Shown here: piece by piece, positions 25,850 to 35,616 of the stretch
Numbering within the stretch: the stretch's first letter is position 1
Layout of the letters: every line of letters starts with the position of its first letter
Virus record (IMG/VR): IMGVR_UViG_3300043410_001242
Direction: 5' to 3' (one strand)
Source of the DNA: a virus
Length of the DNA: 64,000 nt
Program-made: the position numbers and the translations under genes
Notes under the pieces: generated by a model
What the model was told of the DNA's origin: nothing
What the model saw: only the letters and a program-made list of their open reading frames with translations
Databases searched by the model: none

Positions 25850-27454
25850 TTAATTTCTTAGTATTGCCGGCAAATCGGAATTATCTTCTTCCATAGTATA
25901 AACAACTTTATCACCAGGCTGATATGTGAAGTTGACATTGTTTCCAACACTAAACAAAGAAACACTTTGTTTCAGAGTTTCTTTTATTTCTTTGTTTTCG
26001 GTTGAAATGTTTGACATATAAGTTCCAACTTCTTTCTTAGGGGTTTGTGCAGTAGTCTTGCTCATCAATTTAGCTGAAAACTCTTCTGAACTCACCTTAG
26101 TGGCCAACTGGGTAGGTTCGGTTCTGGTCTTAGTTGTTTGTGCGGATTTATTTGCATTATTCTTTGTGGAACTGGATACAGATTGAACTTCAGATGTTTT
26201 GTTTGCCGATTTATCCTGCATTTCAGATGAATCCTTTGGTTGACTGTATTCATCGGATACTAATTTGTTCTGTATATTTGCACCCTGTATTTGTTCAACT
26301 GTTCCTTCTTTAAATCCTTCAACCTTCTGCATAGCGTTCATGATAGATGTTCTTTCTGAGGGTGTATACTCACTCATAATTTTGTCTGATCCACCCACAG
26401 CAGATAAAACAGAATTTCTATACATACCAGTATCGTTTTCGGATGGTGGTGCATATCTCGCAATTGCTTCAGACAATTTGAGGTTCCTGTATGATTTTCC
26501 GGAAAAAATCAATTCCTCTTTAGCTTTTCTTCCGACTTCATATGACGGAAAAATAGCAAAACGTCCATCCGTTCCTATAGCACCTTGACTTTTGGCAAAG
26601 GGACCATATTCTATGTTGCCAGGATTATTATTTCTCCAATTTCTCCTACCTTTTTGTTTTTCCACAGAACCATCTGGCCTTTTAACAATATTGTATCCTT
26701 CTCCAGTTTCAACAACTGAAGCAATAACATTACTTCCATAAATCACAGCCGCAGCTCCGGCAGCAACGGTTGCTGCTCGTCTTACACCAGAAGATATTGC
26801 TGAAAAAACTCTCTCTGAAGTTCCAGTTCCACCCTTGGTTTTATCGTCAGGTTTTGTATCACTTTCTTTTCTTTTTTTGTCTTCATCTTTCTTCTGTTCT
26901 TGTTGCTTTCTGGCTTTTTCATTGATTTTCTTTGCCTTCAGTGCAACCTTTTTAATTTGACGAATGACTTCTTCATTACGTCTTTGTTCTTCTTCAATGC
27001 GTTCTTGTTGAAAGTCCTTTCTCAATTGTGCTGCAAGTTTTTCATCATCATCAATTGTTTTGAACAACGTATATAACTTGCCTAAGGCATCAGCAAAACT
27101 ATCATTAACTCTAATATTATCTTGAGTCCTTTTGACCATACCCAGTAATAGCGGATCTTTCTTTTGTTTTGCCTTGCCTGTGCCTGCAAAATGTTCTATG
27201 TCTTGAGAACTTCTTCCCATCATTCGACCTAGAAGTGCAGGACCAAGTGCAGATCCACCCATCATCATCTTCGCAATATTTAATGGATCAAATTTCTCTT
27301 TAATACCAGTAACATTGGCCAAAAGTGATTCAGATATAGACTGGGAAAAAGAAGAAGAGATGCCTTCTCCCGAAAGCAATCTCTCTGTGATTTGATTTGA
27401 TAGTCCAGACTGTCTTATTTGTCTAGCACTAGAATAAGATAATTTATTGGCCAT
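25850..27454 (-). CDS. tape-measure/hub-like virion protein, paralog A, with lysozyme-like domain
   Basis: RNWRNNNPGNI, RFAIF, IARYAPPSENDT..Y, EGF. Confidence 0.65.
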   Translation of the reverse strand: MANKLSYSSARQIRQSGLSNQITERLLSGEGISSSFSQSISESLLANVTGIKEKFDPLNIAKMMMGGSALGPALLGRMMGRSSQDIEHFAGTGKAKQKKDPLLLGMVKRTQDNIRVNDSFADALGKLYTLFKTIDDDEKLAAQLRKDFQQERIEEEQRRNEEVIRQIKKVALKAKKINEKARKQQEQKKDEDKKRKESDTKPDDKTKGGTGTSERVFSAISSGVRRAATVAAGAAAVIYGSNVIASVVETGEGYNIVKRPDGSVEKQKGRRNWRNNNPGNIEYGPFAKSQGAIGTDGRFAIFPSYEVGRKAKEELIFSGKSYRNLKLSEAIARYAPPSENDTGMYRNSVLSAVGGSDKIMSEYTPSERTSIMNAMQKVEGFKEGTVEQIQGANIQNKLVSDEYSQPKDSSEMQDKSANKTSEVQSVSSSTKNNANKSAQTTKTRTEPTQLATKVSSEEFSAKLMSKTTAQTPKKEVGTYMSNISTENKEIKETLKQSVSLFSVGNNVNFTYQPGDKVVYTMEEDNSDLPAILRN

Positions 27455-27649
27455 TTATCGTTTTGAATTATTCTTTTGTTTTATCTTCTCATTCTCTTCT
27501 TCCACATGTCTAATCAATAATGTAATATAAATTTCTCTTTCCCACGGTAACATATTTTCCAATTCTGTCAAACTATACTTGTGGTGTTGCATTAACGAAA
27601 AATTCGTAGTATAATAGTTCTTCAGATTATCATGACGAAAAGTTAGACG
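27455..27649 (-). CDS. gp51: gp51-like baseplate hub assembly reading frame, probably reached by -1 frameshift from gp26
   Basis: RLTFRHDNLKNYYTTNFSLMQHHKYSLTELENMLPWEREIY...; the first in-frame ATG is only at 27592. Confidence 0.75.
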   Translation of the reverse strand, partial: RLTFRHDNLKNYYTTNFSLMQHHKYSLTELENMLPWEREIYITLLIRHVEEENEKIKQKNNSKR

Positions 27650-28365
27650 AAAAAATCCTCAAGTCCCTCCACATGTATTACATGGTCGAAACCACATCTA
27701 CTGCACTTAACATCCAAAGTCTTATTCAATTTAGGAAGATTATCAAAGAAACTTTCTATCTTACTGAATTGATTATGACTTAGTGATTCAATAAAAGAAA
27801 TCAATTCTTTCTTTGGTGTTTCACTTGCATAGTAATACTGTTCACCATCAAAAACATAATCAATACTATCAACAATCATATTGATAGCCAGTTCTGTTAT
27901 GTCTTTAACTTCAGCAAACTGTTTTATTGATCCAAATTTTGGATAATTCAACTTTATAAAGATCTGTTCCGTCAATTGTATAAGACTGTCTTCAGAAGTT
28001 TTATCTGCTTTAATTTCAAGAATGTCAACACTTGTTTCCATAATGTTTCCACATTCTCTACCTTCGACCTCATTGTTGCATCTATATTTCAAATCTACTA
28101 CTTCACCAATCGATCTGGCTCTCAGATTTAAAAAGTAATATTCAATATCAACAACAGGTAAAGAATCAAAATCGATATCTTCGTTAATTGTACAATTAAT
28201 TAAAACTTGTTTTATGTTCTTCTCGATGGTATCCGAATCATCTGCTTCTAATGCCATCATCAAATTTTTCTGTTCTTTGACCAAAAATGGTCTAAATTTT
28301 ATAATGGTTCCCGATAACGGTAATGTTATATCATAAACCGGTGTGTCAATTTTTGGCAAAGCCAT
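27643..28365 (-). CDS. gp26: baseplate hub protein (gp26-like)
   Basis: MALPKIDTPVY, FRPFLVKEQK, DIEYYFLNLRARSIGE, CxxC, EGLEDFF. Confidence 0.9.
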   Translation of the reverse strand: MALPKIDTPVYDITLPLSGTIIKFRPFLVKEQKNLMMALEADDSDTIEKNIKQVLINCTINEDIDFDSLPVVDIEYYFLNLRARSIGEVVDLKYRCNNEVEGRECGNIMETSVDILEIKADKTSEDSLIQLTEQIFIKLNYPKFGSIKQFAEVKDITELAINMIVDSIDYVFDGEQYYYASETPKKELISFIESLSHNQFSKIESFFDNLPKLNKTLDVKCSRCGFDHVIHVEGLEDFFV

Positions 28366-28387
28366 AGTTTAAAAACCTCCAAATCAA

Positions 28388-28972
28388 TTATAGTCCAAAA
28401 ATACCTGATATTCCTTGAACTCCCAAGTTATTTGCAATAGAATTAACAGTACCTTCTTGCCAATTAGTGTAAGCAAAGACCACAGTTAATCTATGATAGT
28501 TGTCAGCCGTCCAATCCAAATCTAATTGATTCACCACTAAAGGATACGCATCAATCAAAACCGATTTATATGTGACCTTGTTTTGCATATCATATTGTGT
28601 GATAGCAATGTCAGTCGAATAATTGTTTTTATACTTGAAGTTATACGTTGAAGAAGGATTGATATATTCCATCCATTGATCAAAAAACAACCTTTCTTGC
28701 ATATCACCACCAACAATAAATGTCATTTGAACATCGTTGTACATGGTTTGATATGGATACTTTTGTAGTGGTGCAGAACCAATCTTTCTTTCTGTTGTAG
28801 CAAAAGTTCTTCCAGGCAACTCAGTAACTTCACATCTAAAGTTTAACTGTTGTGCAACATCTTTATAGAATGGAGCTAAAGCAACAGGTATAGGAATTTG
28901 CACATCAAAACGTGATGGTCTAGCTAAATCTTTTTTGAAAGTGGATACAAAGTCTCTGACATTGGATCTCAT
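28388..28972 (-). CDS. baseplate-tail tube initiator (gp54/gp19-like)
   Basis: LARPSRF, RCEVTELPGR, FFDQWME, DAYP...LDW, LTVVFAY. Confidence 0.8.
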   Translation of the reverse strand: MRSNVRDFVSTFKKDLARPSRFDVQIPIPVALAPFYKDVAQQLNFRCEVTELPGRTFATTERKIGSAPLQKYPYQTMYNDVQMTFIVGGDMQERLFFDQWMEYINPSSTYNFKYKNNYSTDIAITQYDMQNKVTYKSVLIDAYPLVVNQLDLDWTADNYHRLTVVFAYTNWQEGTVNSIANNLGVQGISGIFGL

Positions 28973-28973
28973 T

Positions 28974-29594
28974 TTAATTTTCTCTTATTTCTTGTAGTGA
29001 ATCTTGCCAAACTGTTGATACTGGTGCCTTTCTGAACGCTTGTACAGGTAACATACACGCCACATCCCACTCATCAGGCATTACAGCCAAAACTCTGGAC
29101 TTTATATGACTGTTCAGGTATCTCTTTACACAGGGCCTAAACTCTTTATAACGTCTTGTGGTTTGAAGTATATCATAAGTAATCTTGACTCGTTTTATCT
29201 CGTCATTATCATCATAAATTGCCCTGCCCATGAGTTTGTTTAGAAATACAGCACGATAAGCTGGCGGCAAATAATGAAAATTCAGTCCAAGAAAACCATC
29301 TGAATATTTTTCAAGAGGCATGACCAAAGGAAACATATCATAATAAGGCAGATCGGCTTTAGTCTTAGGATTATAGTAATAAAAATACAGACCACCTAAA
29401 AGGAACTTAGTGTTGGTGCCCAGTAAAAATTTATTTCTATATCTTTCCTTCTCTGAATTGATATCTCTTCGTATCAATCCTGGATTTTTAATTTGTGTTA
29501 CCTTATTATTGAGCCAACGAATCGACTCGCGACTCATCATTTGAAGTTGAGCCGCTGATTTATTTTGTGTAAGTTCTGTTAGTTTGGATGCCAT
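28974..29594 (-). CDS. gp2: DNA end protector (T4 gp2-like)
   Basis: YNPKTK..LPYYDMFPLV, GFLGLNFHYL, PCVKRYL. Confidence 0.9.
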   Translation of the reverse strand: MASKLTELTQNKSAAQLQMMSRESIRWLNNKVTQIKNPGLIRRDINSEKERYRNKFLLGTNTKFLLGGLYFYYYNPKTKADLPYYDMFPLVMPLEKYSDGFLGLNFHYLPPAYRAVFLNKLMGRAIYDDNDEIKRVKITYDILQTTRRYKEFRPCVKRYLNSHIKSRVLAVMPDEWDVACMLPVQAFRKAPVSTVWQDSLQEIREN

Positions 29595-29602
29595 GACAGT
29601 AT

Positions 29603-30073
29603 TTAGTTGAGCATTAATTCGTTTTCGGTCAAGTATTTAAATTCAATACCATCAGTGGAACACATAACCACAAACGTCCATTTCCTATCTTTGCAGTAAT
29701 CAATTGCTGCCTTCCATTTGGCTTGATTGACACCCCATGTGACAACTTCTTGAATATATTGTTTAGTCACTCGACTCTTCTTTGTTGGTGGTTTGGACTG
29801 TTTCTCTGGTTTGACCTCGACCATCATGGTCTTTATGTTGCCATCTTTAGTTCTCACCTTCACGATGAAGTCTGGAAAGTACCTGTGTCTTCTTCCATCG
29901 ACAGGAGAGATATATGGAATGGCCATTTCTTCCGATGACCAAGAGAGAATGTCTGGTCTTTTGTCGAATGTGTCCATCACCTTGCATTCCCAAGATGACC
30001 TATAGATTATGTTTGTTGGATCACCATTATACTTTTGTGGATTTCGTGGTGAAAATTTGCCTTTATACGCCAT
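29603..30073 (-). CDS. gp4: head completion nuclease (T4 gp4-like)
   Basis: YKGKF.P.NP.KY, YRSSWE, W.SEE, HRYFPDF, EVKP, NQAKW.AA. Confidence 0.92.
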   Translation of the reverse strand: MAYKGKFSPRNPQKYNGDPTNIIYRSSWECKVMDTFDKRPDILSWSSEEMAIPYISPVDGRRHRYFPDFIVKVRTKDGNIKTMMVEVKPEKQSKPPTKKSRVTKQYIQEVVTWGVNQAKWKAAIDYCKDRKWTFVVMCSTDGIEFKYLTENELMLN

Positions 30074-30078
30074 AAATA
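30071..30078 (+). promoter_or_regulatory. T4-type late promoter variant at the divergent junction
   Basis: CATAAATA ~30 nt upstream of gp48. Confidence 0.55.
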
Positions 30079-30106
30079 CTATATATAAAAATTTCTAGGT
30101 ACCTAA

Positions 30107-31288
30107 ATGGCAACAATCGACATACTACCTCTCAGCATAGACGGTGTGAGACCACCACTAAATCTGCTGTATGAGTTATTCTCTGGTAAAATAAACACAC
30201 AGAACTTGATGTATCCATTGGACTTAGCGACAAATCCAAATTATGGTCACGCAGTACAATTCACTGCTTTTGATTATGAATATCCTTTAGCGTCTGCTGT
30301 TGGTAATGTATTCAATGCAGATAATTTGACTGATGCATTAGGCAGATTAGGAAACTTGGCTGCGGATCCTCAAACATTTAATCCTATGGGGTTGAGACCC
30401 AGAAAGACAGCACCTCTGGCAACAATATCGTTATACATGCCAGACACTTTAGCATTTGATTATAACCACAATTACGGTGAAATAAGTTTAACTGAGACTT
30501 TAGGTGGAGCCGCGTTATTGGGTTCTGCAATTGCTGATGTTGGCGCCAAAATGCAGGGCAAAGATGACAGTAACGGAAATTACACACAATTATTAGCCAA
30601 AGGTGCATCACTGTATGGAGTATCCAAGTTTGCGGGACAAGACATAGCTGGAGTTCTTGGTAATGCCATGAAGACAGTTCCAAACCCGCAGTTGCAATTG
30701 TTATATAAGGGTATTGGTCTTAGAGAGTTTCAATTTGAATTTAGATTCACACCAAATTCCAAAAAAGAAGCACAGTCGGTCGAAGAGATTATCAAATCTT
30801 TCACCTACTATTCCGTACCTAGACTCCTGGGCGCTCAGAGTCACCAATATCTAGAACCACCACAGATATTTCAAATTAAATTCGCATTCACTGGTGGAAC
30901 AGGTTTATCTGGTGCTGTGTCCGACTTCTTTAGAAATATAGGAACAAACATTCTAACAAGTCAAATATCAGGTAGTTTGTTTGGTTCGAACCCACTAAAC
31001 TCAAACACAGCACCAACAGCCAAAATATTTGAAATATATAGTGATTGTGTTTTGACCAACATGAACATTGACTATGCACCTAATGGTTGGGCTGCACACG
31101 ATGATGGTTATCCAGTTGAAATCAGATTGACCTTACAGTTTAAAGAATTGGACATTGTAACGAAAGACAATATACGTCCTCCAAACACAGCTGGTTTTTT
31201 TGGGGGCAACTTAGGACCGACTAATTTACAGGACGCGGTCAGACAATCATTCCCTTCATTCGATCAAATGTTTCCAAATTTAAAGTAA
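30107..31288 (+). CDS. gp48: baseplate tail-tube cap (gp48-like)
   Basis: LMYPLD, ISLYMPD, NPQLQLLY, REFQFEFRFTP, CVLTNMNIDYAP, LQFKE. Confidence 0.85.
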   Translation: MATIDILPLSIDGVRPPLNLLYELFSGKINTQNLMYPLDLATNPNYGHAVQFTAFDYEYPLASAVGNVFNADNLTDALGRLGNLAADPQTFNPMGLRPRKTAPLATISLYMPDTLAFDYNHNYGEISLTETLGGAALLGSAIADVGAKMQGKDDSNGNYTQLLAKGASLYGVSKFAGQDIAGVLGNAMKTVPNPQLQLLYKGIGLREFQFEFRFTPNSKKEAQSVEEIIKSFTYYSVPRLLGAQSHQYLEPPQIFQIKFAFTGGTGLSGAVSDFFRNIGTNILTSQISGSLFGSNPLNSNTAPTAKIFEIYSDCVLTNMNIDYAPNGWAAHDDGYPVEIRLTLQFKELDIVTKDNIRPPNTAGFFGGNLGPTNLQDAVRQSFPSFDQMFPNLK

Positions 31289-31294
31289 TAAGCG

Positions 31295-31915
31295 ATGAAG
31301 TATTTTCAATCATTACCACTGTTGTCAATGAAAGACCCCAATAATAACACTATTGTGGTCAACAATCTACTATCAAGAAATTATTTTCTTCCTAAGTTAA
31401 TAAAAAACTTTTCTCTATTCTATGAATATGAAATAAAAGAAGGTGACACACCAGAGAACATTGCATATAGATATTATGATGACATATATCGTTATTGGAT
31501 TGTTCTGTACTCAAATAACATTTTAGACTTTCAAGCTCAATGGCCATTAACAACATCTGAGTTTGAATCGTATTTAAAAGATAAGTATAAAGATGTTGGT
31601 GGTCAGAGCATTATTGCTTATACACTGTCCACTGTACATCATTATGAGAAGTTAATATACACCTCAGAGAACACATCAAGCAAAGAAAAACTGACAAGAA
31701 TTAATATTGATGAAGGCACATATAATTCATTGATGGAATCCAGCGTAGAAAAGACAAAATCTGGTGTCACATATAGAATGAGAATTACCAAAAATGCAGT
31801 CTCAATTTACAATTATGAATTTGAATTGAATGAGAGTAAGAGAAAAATAAATCTACTGAAGAAAGAATACTCCACAGACGCAGAAAAACAATTTCAAGAT
31901 TTGATGGTACAATAG
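31295..31915 (+). CDS. gp53: baseplate wedge protein (gp53-like)
   Basis: MKYF, YEIKEGDTPENIAYRYY, WIVLYSN, WPL, VHHYE, NESKRKI. Confidence 0.9.
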   Translation: MKYFQSLPLLSMKDPNNNTIVVNNLLSRNYFLPKLIKNFSLFYEYEIKEGDTPENIAYRYYDDIYRYWIVLYSNNILDFQAQWPLTTSEFESYLKDKYKDVGGQSIIAYTLSTVHHYEKLIYTSENTSSKEKLTRINIDEGTYNSLMESSVEKTKSGVTYRMRITKNAVSIYNYEFELNESKRKINLLKKEYSTDAEKQFQDLMVQ

Positions 31916-31916
31916 T

Positions 31917-33335
31917 ATGGATATTCTGAATACTATTACAGAGTTAGGTGAAATAACTGTAACAACTTCAAGATATGATTCGATTAACGAACCAACAAGA
32001 AGTTCTACTGTTTCGCAGATTAAAAACTTATCTTACCCAACCGACTATAATCTAAGAGAGGTAAGATTAACAAGCGCCACAATAGGTGATCTTGACCTTA
32101 AAGAGTATTTGGTTGAGTTAAATTACTTTGAAGACATATACAGTAATTTTGTATCAGGTAAAATTGTACTCTCTGACTCAGTGGGTGTTATTTTTCTTGG
32201 TGGTTTAAATGGTAGTGAATCACTATCATTAGAGTTTGCTAAAGGTCAAGGTGGAAAAACAATAAAACAAACTTTCAGAATATTCTCATTGTCTGATAGG
32301 CATCATGATATTAGTCACAGTTATGAGAACTTCACATTGAATTTTTGTTCAGAAGAATTATTGATGTCTGAAAAGTATAGAATCAGTAAGTCATACAAAA
32401 ACAAAACAATATCAAATATCATTGAAGACTTACTAAAAAACGCTCTAAAAACAAATAAAGACCTGAACATAGAACAATCTTCTGGCAATTATGACTTTGT
32501 GTTGCCCAACAAAAAAATTTTTGAAACCATCAACTGGTTGTCGTCATACGCTTTGCCGTATTCTAAGCCAGGCGCGGATATGATATTGTTTGAGAATGCA
32601 AAAGGTTATCATTTTAAGTCATTGCAATCATTGTACGAACAAACTCCTATTTTTGAGTTTGAATATAATCCTAAAAATGTCAAGTTGAATTATCAACAGA
32701 ATTTTTTCCACACCCAAACACACAACATATTCAATTTGGAAGTTATGAATAACTTCAACACATTGGATGCAACAAATAAGGGTGTTTTTAATAATCGTCT
32801 AATAACTATTGATACAATCAATAGAACTAAAAAAATTACAGATTTTAAGTATGATGAATACTTCAGTAAGAGCAAGAAACTGAATAGAAATGATGTTACT
32901 ACAAATAATAAGAATCAGGTATATGTAGATAGGTTCAATAAAGCCTTGTATGATAGTCCTCCCGACGATAAGGACGCAGGTAAATTGCAGGTGTGCATTG
33001 GAAACTCAGAACAATATAACACCAGATACCTAAAAGAAAATTCTGATTATATACCAAAAGATTTCTTTATTGAAAAAAGTTTCTCACACAGAAACGCACA
33101 ATTGTTATTATCAAATTATATAAGAATAAAGATTGTAGTTCCAGGAAACTCCGACATACTGGTTGGTTCTGTAGTAACAGTTAAGGTGTTCGAAACAAAA
33201 CAGATAACAAAAAATGATGTTAAAAAAGAAGACACATATCTATCTGGAAAATATCTGGTGACCGCGATCAGACACATAATAAATTCAACAAGATACACCT
33301 CAGTTATTGAACTTGCAAAAGAAAGCAACATATGA
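31917..33335 (+). CDS. baseplate hub protein (gp27-like)
   Basis: FEDIY...SGKIVLSD, LFENAKGYHFKSL, VPGN, LSGKYLVTAIRH; located between gp53 and gp5. Confidence 0.75.
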   Translation: MDILNTITELGEITVTTSRYDSINEPTRSSTVSQIKNLSYPTDYNLREVRLTSATIGDLDLKEYLVELNYFEDIYSNFVSGKIVLSDSVGVIFLGGLNGSESLSLEFAKGQGGKTIKQTFRIFSLSDRHHDISHSYENFTLNFCSEELLMSEKYRISKSYKNKTISNIIEDLLKNALKTNKDLNIEQSSGNYDFVLPNKKIFETINWLSSYALPYSKPGADMILFENAKGYHFKSLQSLYEQTPIFEFEYNPKNVKLNYQQNFFHTQTHNIFNLEVMNNFNTLDATNKGVFNNRLITIDTINRTKKITDFKYDEYFSKSKKLNRNDVTTNNKNQVYVDRFNKALYDSPPDDKDAGKLQVCIGNSEQYNTRYLKENSDYIPKDFFIEKSFSHRNAQLLLSNYIRIKIVVPGNSDILVGSVVTVKVFETKQITKNDVKKEDTYLSGKYLVTAIRHIINSTRYTSVIELAKESNI

Positions 33336-33649
33336 TAAACAAGAACACTTTTCTAGGCAGAGATGATTTTATTTGGTGGATTGGTGAGATTGAGAATAGA
33401 AAAGATCCACTCAAGTTGGGTAGATGCCAAGTCAGAATATCGGGATGGCACACAGACAGTAAGGAACAATTACCCACCATAGACTTGCCTTGGGCTCAGG
33501 TTATACTACCAGTCAACAACTCAAGAGTAATCAATCCACCAAACCTTGGTGATTGGGTTGTGGGATTCTTCATGGACGGAGAGAATGCACAGTTTCCATT
33601 GATAATGGGTGTTATACCTGGCATCAAACAAGATCAACAAAATACATAA
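33332..33649 (+). CDS. gp5 N-terminal OB-fold as a stand-alone protein
   Basis: WWIGEIENRKDPLKLGRCQVRI.GWH, LPWA, GDWVVGFFMDG..AQFP.IMG. Confidence 0.85.
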   Translation: MINKNTFLGRDDFIWWIGEIENRKDPLKLGRCQVRISGWHTDSKEQLPTIDLPWAQVILPVNNSRVINPPNLGDWVVGFFMDGENAQFPLIMGVIPGIKQDQQNT

Positions 33650-33663
33650 GACAGGTGATATAA

Positions 33664-34551
33664 ATGGCAGAGCAACCACCTAAACCTAGTGTTTCGCCGC
33701 AACCAACATCAACTTCGTTTACAACAGTAACAAACAACATAAAGTTCACAGATAACTCGGCGAACCTGCAAAAAAAGGTTGATAGCACAAAAATACAGGA
33801 ACAAAATCCTTGTCCAAAATCGGATAGTGGTATTCAGTGGGGAAAAAGTAAAACCACCGGCGTTAAATGGTCTGGTGGTGGTTTCTCATTAACAGAATAT
33901 AATCCACCAAAACTAACAAAGAAAGCCGGACCCAACGGTGGCCCGGCCGTTGGAACTCCAACAACAAATACTCCATATCAAGATATTAGATGTGGAAATC
34001 TTCTAGATAAACCCATTGAATTCAAATGTAGTTTGGTATCAAACATTAAATTGAAATCTTGTTTGTTCCAATTCGAAGCACAAATTGAAAACTACATTGA
34101 TGAACAATTGAAGATTGCTTGGTCATACATACAATCATTATTTCCAGGTGTTGACTATTTCATCAAGTTGGCAAACACAATATGTAGAGTTCTAAATGAA
34201 TTTCAACGTGTTATGTGTATCATACAACAGATTATGGAATGTATATTGAGTACAATACAATTCGTAACACAATTAGTTTCATGGGCACTATCATTACCAA
34301 TGCAGTTCTTAGCCAATCTTATGCAATGTATAACTGGGTTTTTAGGAGGAATAACTGGTGGTATGACTAGTTTGCTTCGTGCTTTAGGCATGGCATTCTC
34401 TTCCATATTCAAGTGTAAAGGTTTTGAATGTGCCTCTATCACCAGTGCATACGACATTGGTGATACTGCTGCCGGTGTAGGAACAGATTTCACACAAATT
34501 GACGATGAGTGGGCAAAAGATTATTCAAACTCAACCGTGAAAACACAATAG
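33664..34551 (+). CDS. Cys-rich amphipathic protein between the gp5 halves
   Basis: Pro/Thr-rich N-terminus, about 10 Cys, hydrophobic helical C-half. Confidence 0.7.
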   Translation: MAEQPPKPSVSPQPTSTSFTTVTNNIKFTDNSANLQKKVDSTKIQEQNPCPKSDSGIQWGKSKTTGVKWSGGGFSLTEYNPPKLTKKAGPNGGPAVGTPTTNTPYQDIRCGNLLDKPIEFKCSLVSNIKLKSCLFQFEAQIENYIDEQLKIAWSYIQSLFPGVDYFIKLANTICRVLNEFQRVMCIIQQIMECILSTIQFVTQLVSWALSLPMQFLANLMQCITGFLGGITGGMTSLLRALGMAFSSIFKCKGFECASITSAYDIGDTAAGVGTDFTQIDDEWAKDYSNSTVKTQ

Positions 34552-34560
34552 GTCTTTATA

Positions 34561-35598
34561 ATGGCTACAGAAAATACAAATTCACATATTGATGACCGTT
34601 GGGATGCATTCACTACAGAGCCTGTTCCTGATTTTGATGGTGATTATTGCCACACACATCAGACGGAATGTGGTCACATAAAAATGATGAGTGATACTCC
34701 AGACCAAGAGTTCATTCTAACACAACATGCTGATGGTTCTTACAGAATGTATCTACCGGGTGGAAAGATACAAGAAAAGGTCGAAGGTGATTTTGTACAA
34801 TTAGTGGTAAAGAATAATAAAATTTGGATAAAAGGTAGTTCATTAATACATGTAGATGGTCATGCAAACATTAACGTGGGTAAAAACGCATATGTTGGTG
34901 TCGATGGTGATTTGGACGTGTATGCAGAAGGAAATGCAAGATTCACAAGCAAAAAGACATTGACACTACAAGGTGAAAGTATCAACATTGTGGGTAAGAA
35001 TGAGATATCTTCGTCAACTAAAGAGTACACTTTCCCCAACACCACAATTCGTGGTGATCTTCATGTAAATGGTACCATACATGCTTTAGGTGAGGTGTAT
35101 ACAACTTCATCTATGTTCTCACAGTTAGGTTATTTAACACCAGGTTCTTTGGTTGTTGGTCCATTAGCATATGCAATGGAAAAACATATGATGATACTCA
35201 ACTTTGTGACAATAACCGCGGTTGGTATAAACCCCATGTTGCCTTTCAGTGTAATGGTATCAGCAACAGGACCCACTTTCATCGAATCAATGAGTTACAT
35301 GAACATCAGTGTTCTTGGTGCATTAAGTATTGATGCTGGTGGTATAATCGACATATTGGCTGGAGGTGCCACTACCATTGAATCTGGTGGTGCTGCAACC
35401 ATTGATGCTGGTGGTGCTGTTGAAATTGCCGCAGGTGGTCTTATTGACATTGCGGCTGGTGGTGCTGTAGGCATTCAAGGTTCATTTGTATCCATTGAAC
35501 CAGACCTTTCTGTTGGATGGTTACTTTCTATTCTTGGTCACATTCACGGAAACGGAAATATGGGTACTCCGACAACTCCGCCTATTCCGGGAACCTAA
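34561..35598 (+). CDS. gp5 C-terminal beta-helix spike with HxH apex
   Basis: TECGHI...DTPDQE...H..G; VxG-type repeats; terminal GHIHGNGN..TPTTPP. Confidence 0.75.
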   Translation: MATENTNSHIDDRWDAFTTEPVPDFDGDYCHTHQTECGHIKMMSDTPDQEFILTQHADGSYRMYLPGGKIQEKVEGDFVQLVVKNNKIWIKGSSLIHVDGHANINVGKNAYVGVDGDLDVYAEGNARFTSKKTLTLQGESINIVGKNEISSSTKEYTFPNTTIRGDLHVNGTIHALGEVYTTSSMFSQLGYLTPGSLVVGPLAYAMEKHMMILNFVTITAVGINPMLPFSVMVSATGPTFIESMSYMNISVLGALSIDAGGIIDILAGGATTIESGGAATIDAGGAVEIAAGGLIDIAAGGAVGIQGSFVSIEPDLSVGWLLSILGHIHGNGNMGTPTTPPIPGT

Positions 35599-35616
35599 AC
35601 GTAACATAAATAAAAG

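Noticed and set aside
34549-34563. In-frame TAG between the gp5 middle and C-terminal ORFs (read-through or recoded stop)
   Set aside because: TAG acts as a normal stop elsewhere (4742, 10726, 31915) and the downstream ATG has its own AGGT site. There is no evidence for an alternative code.
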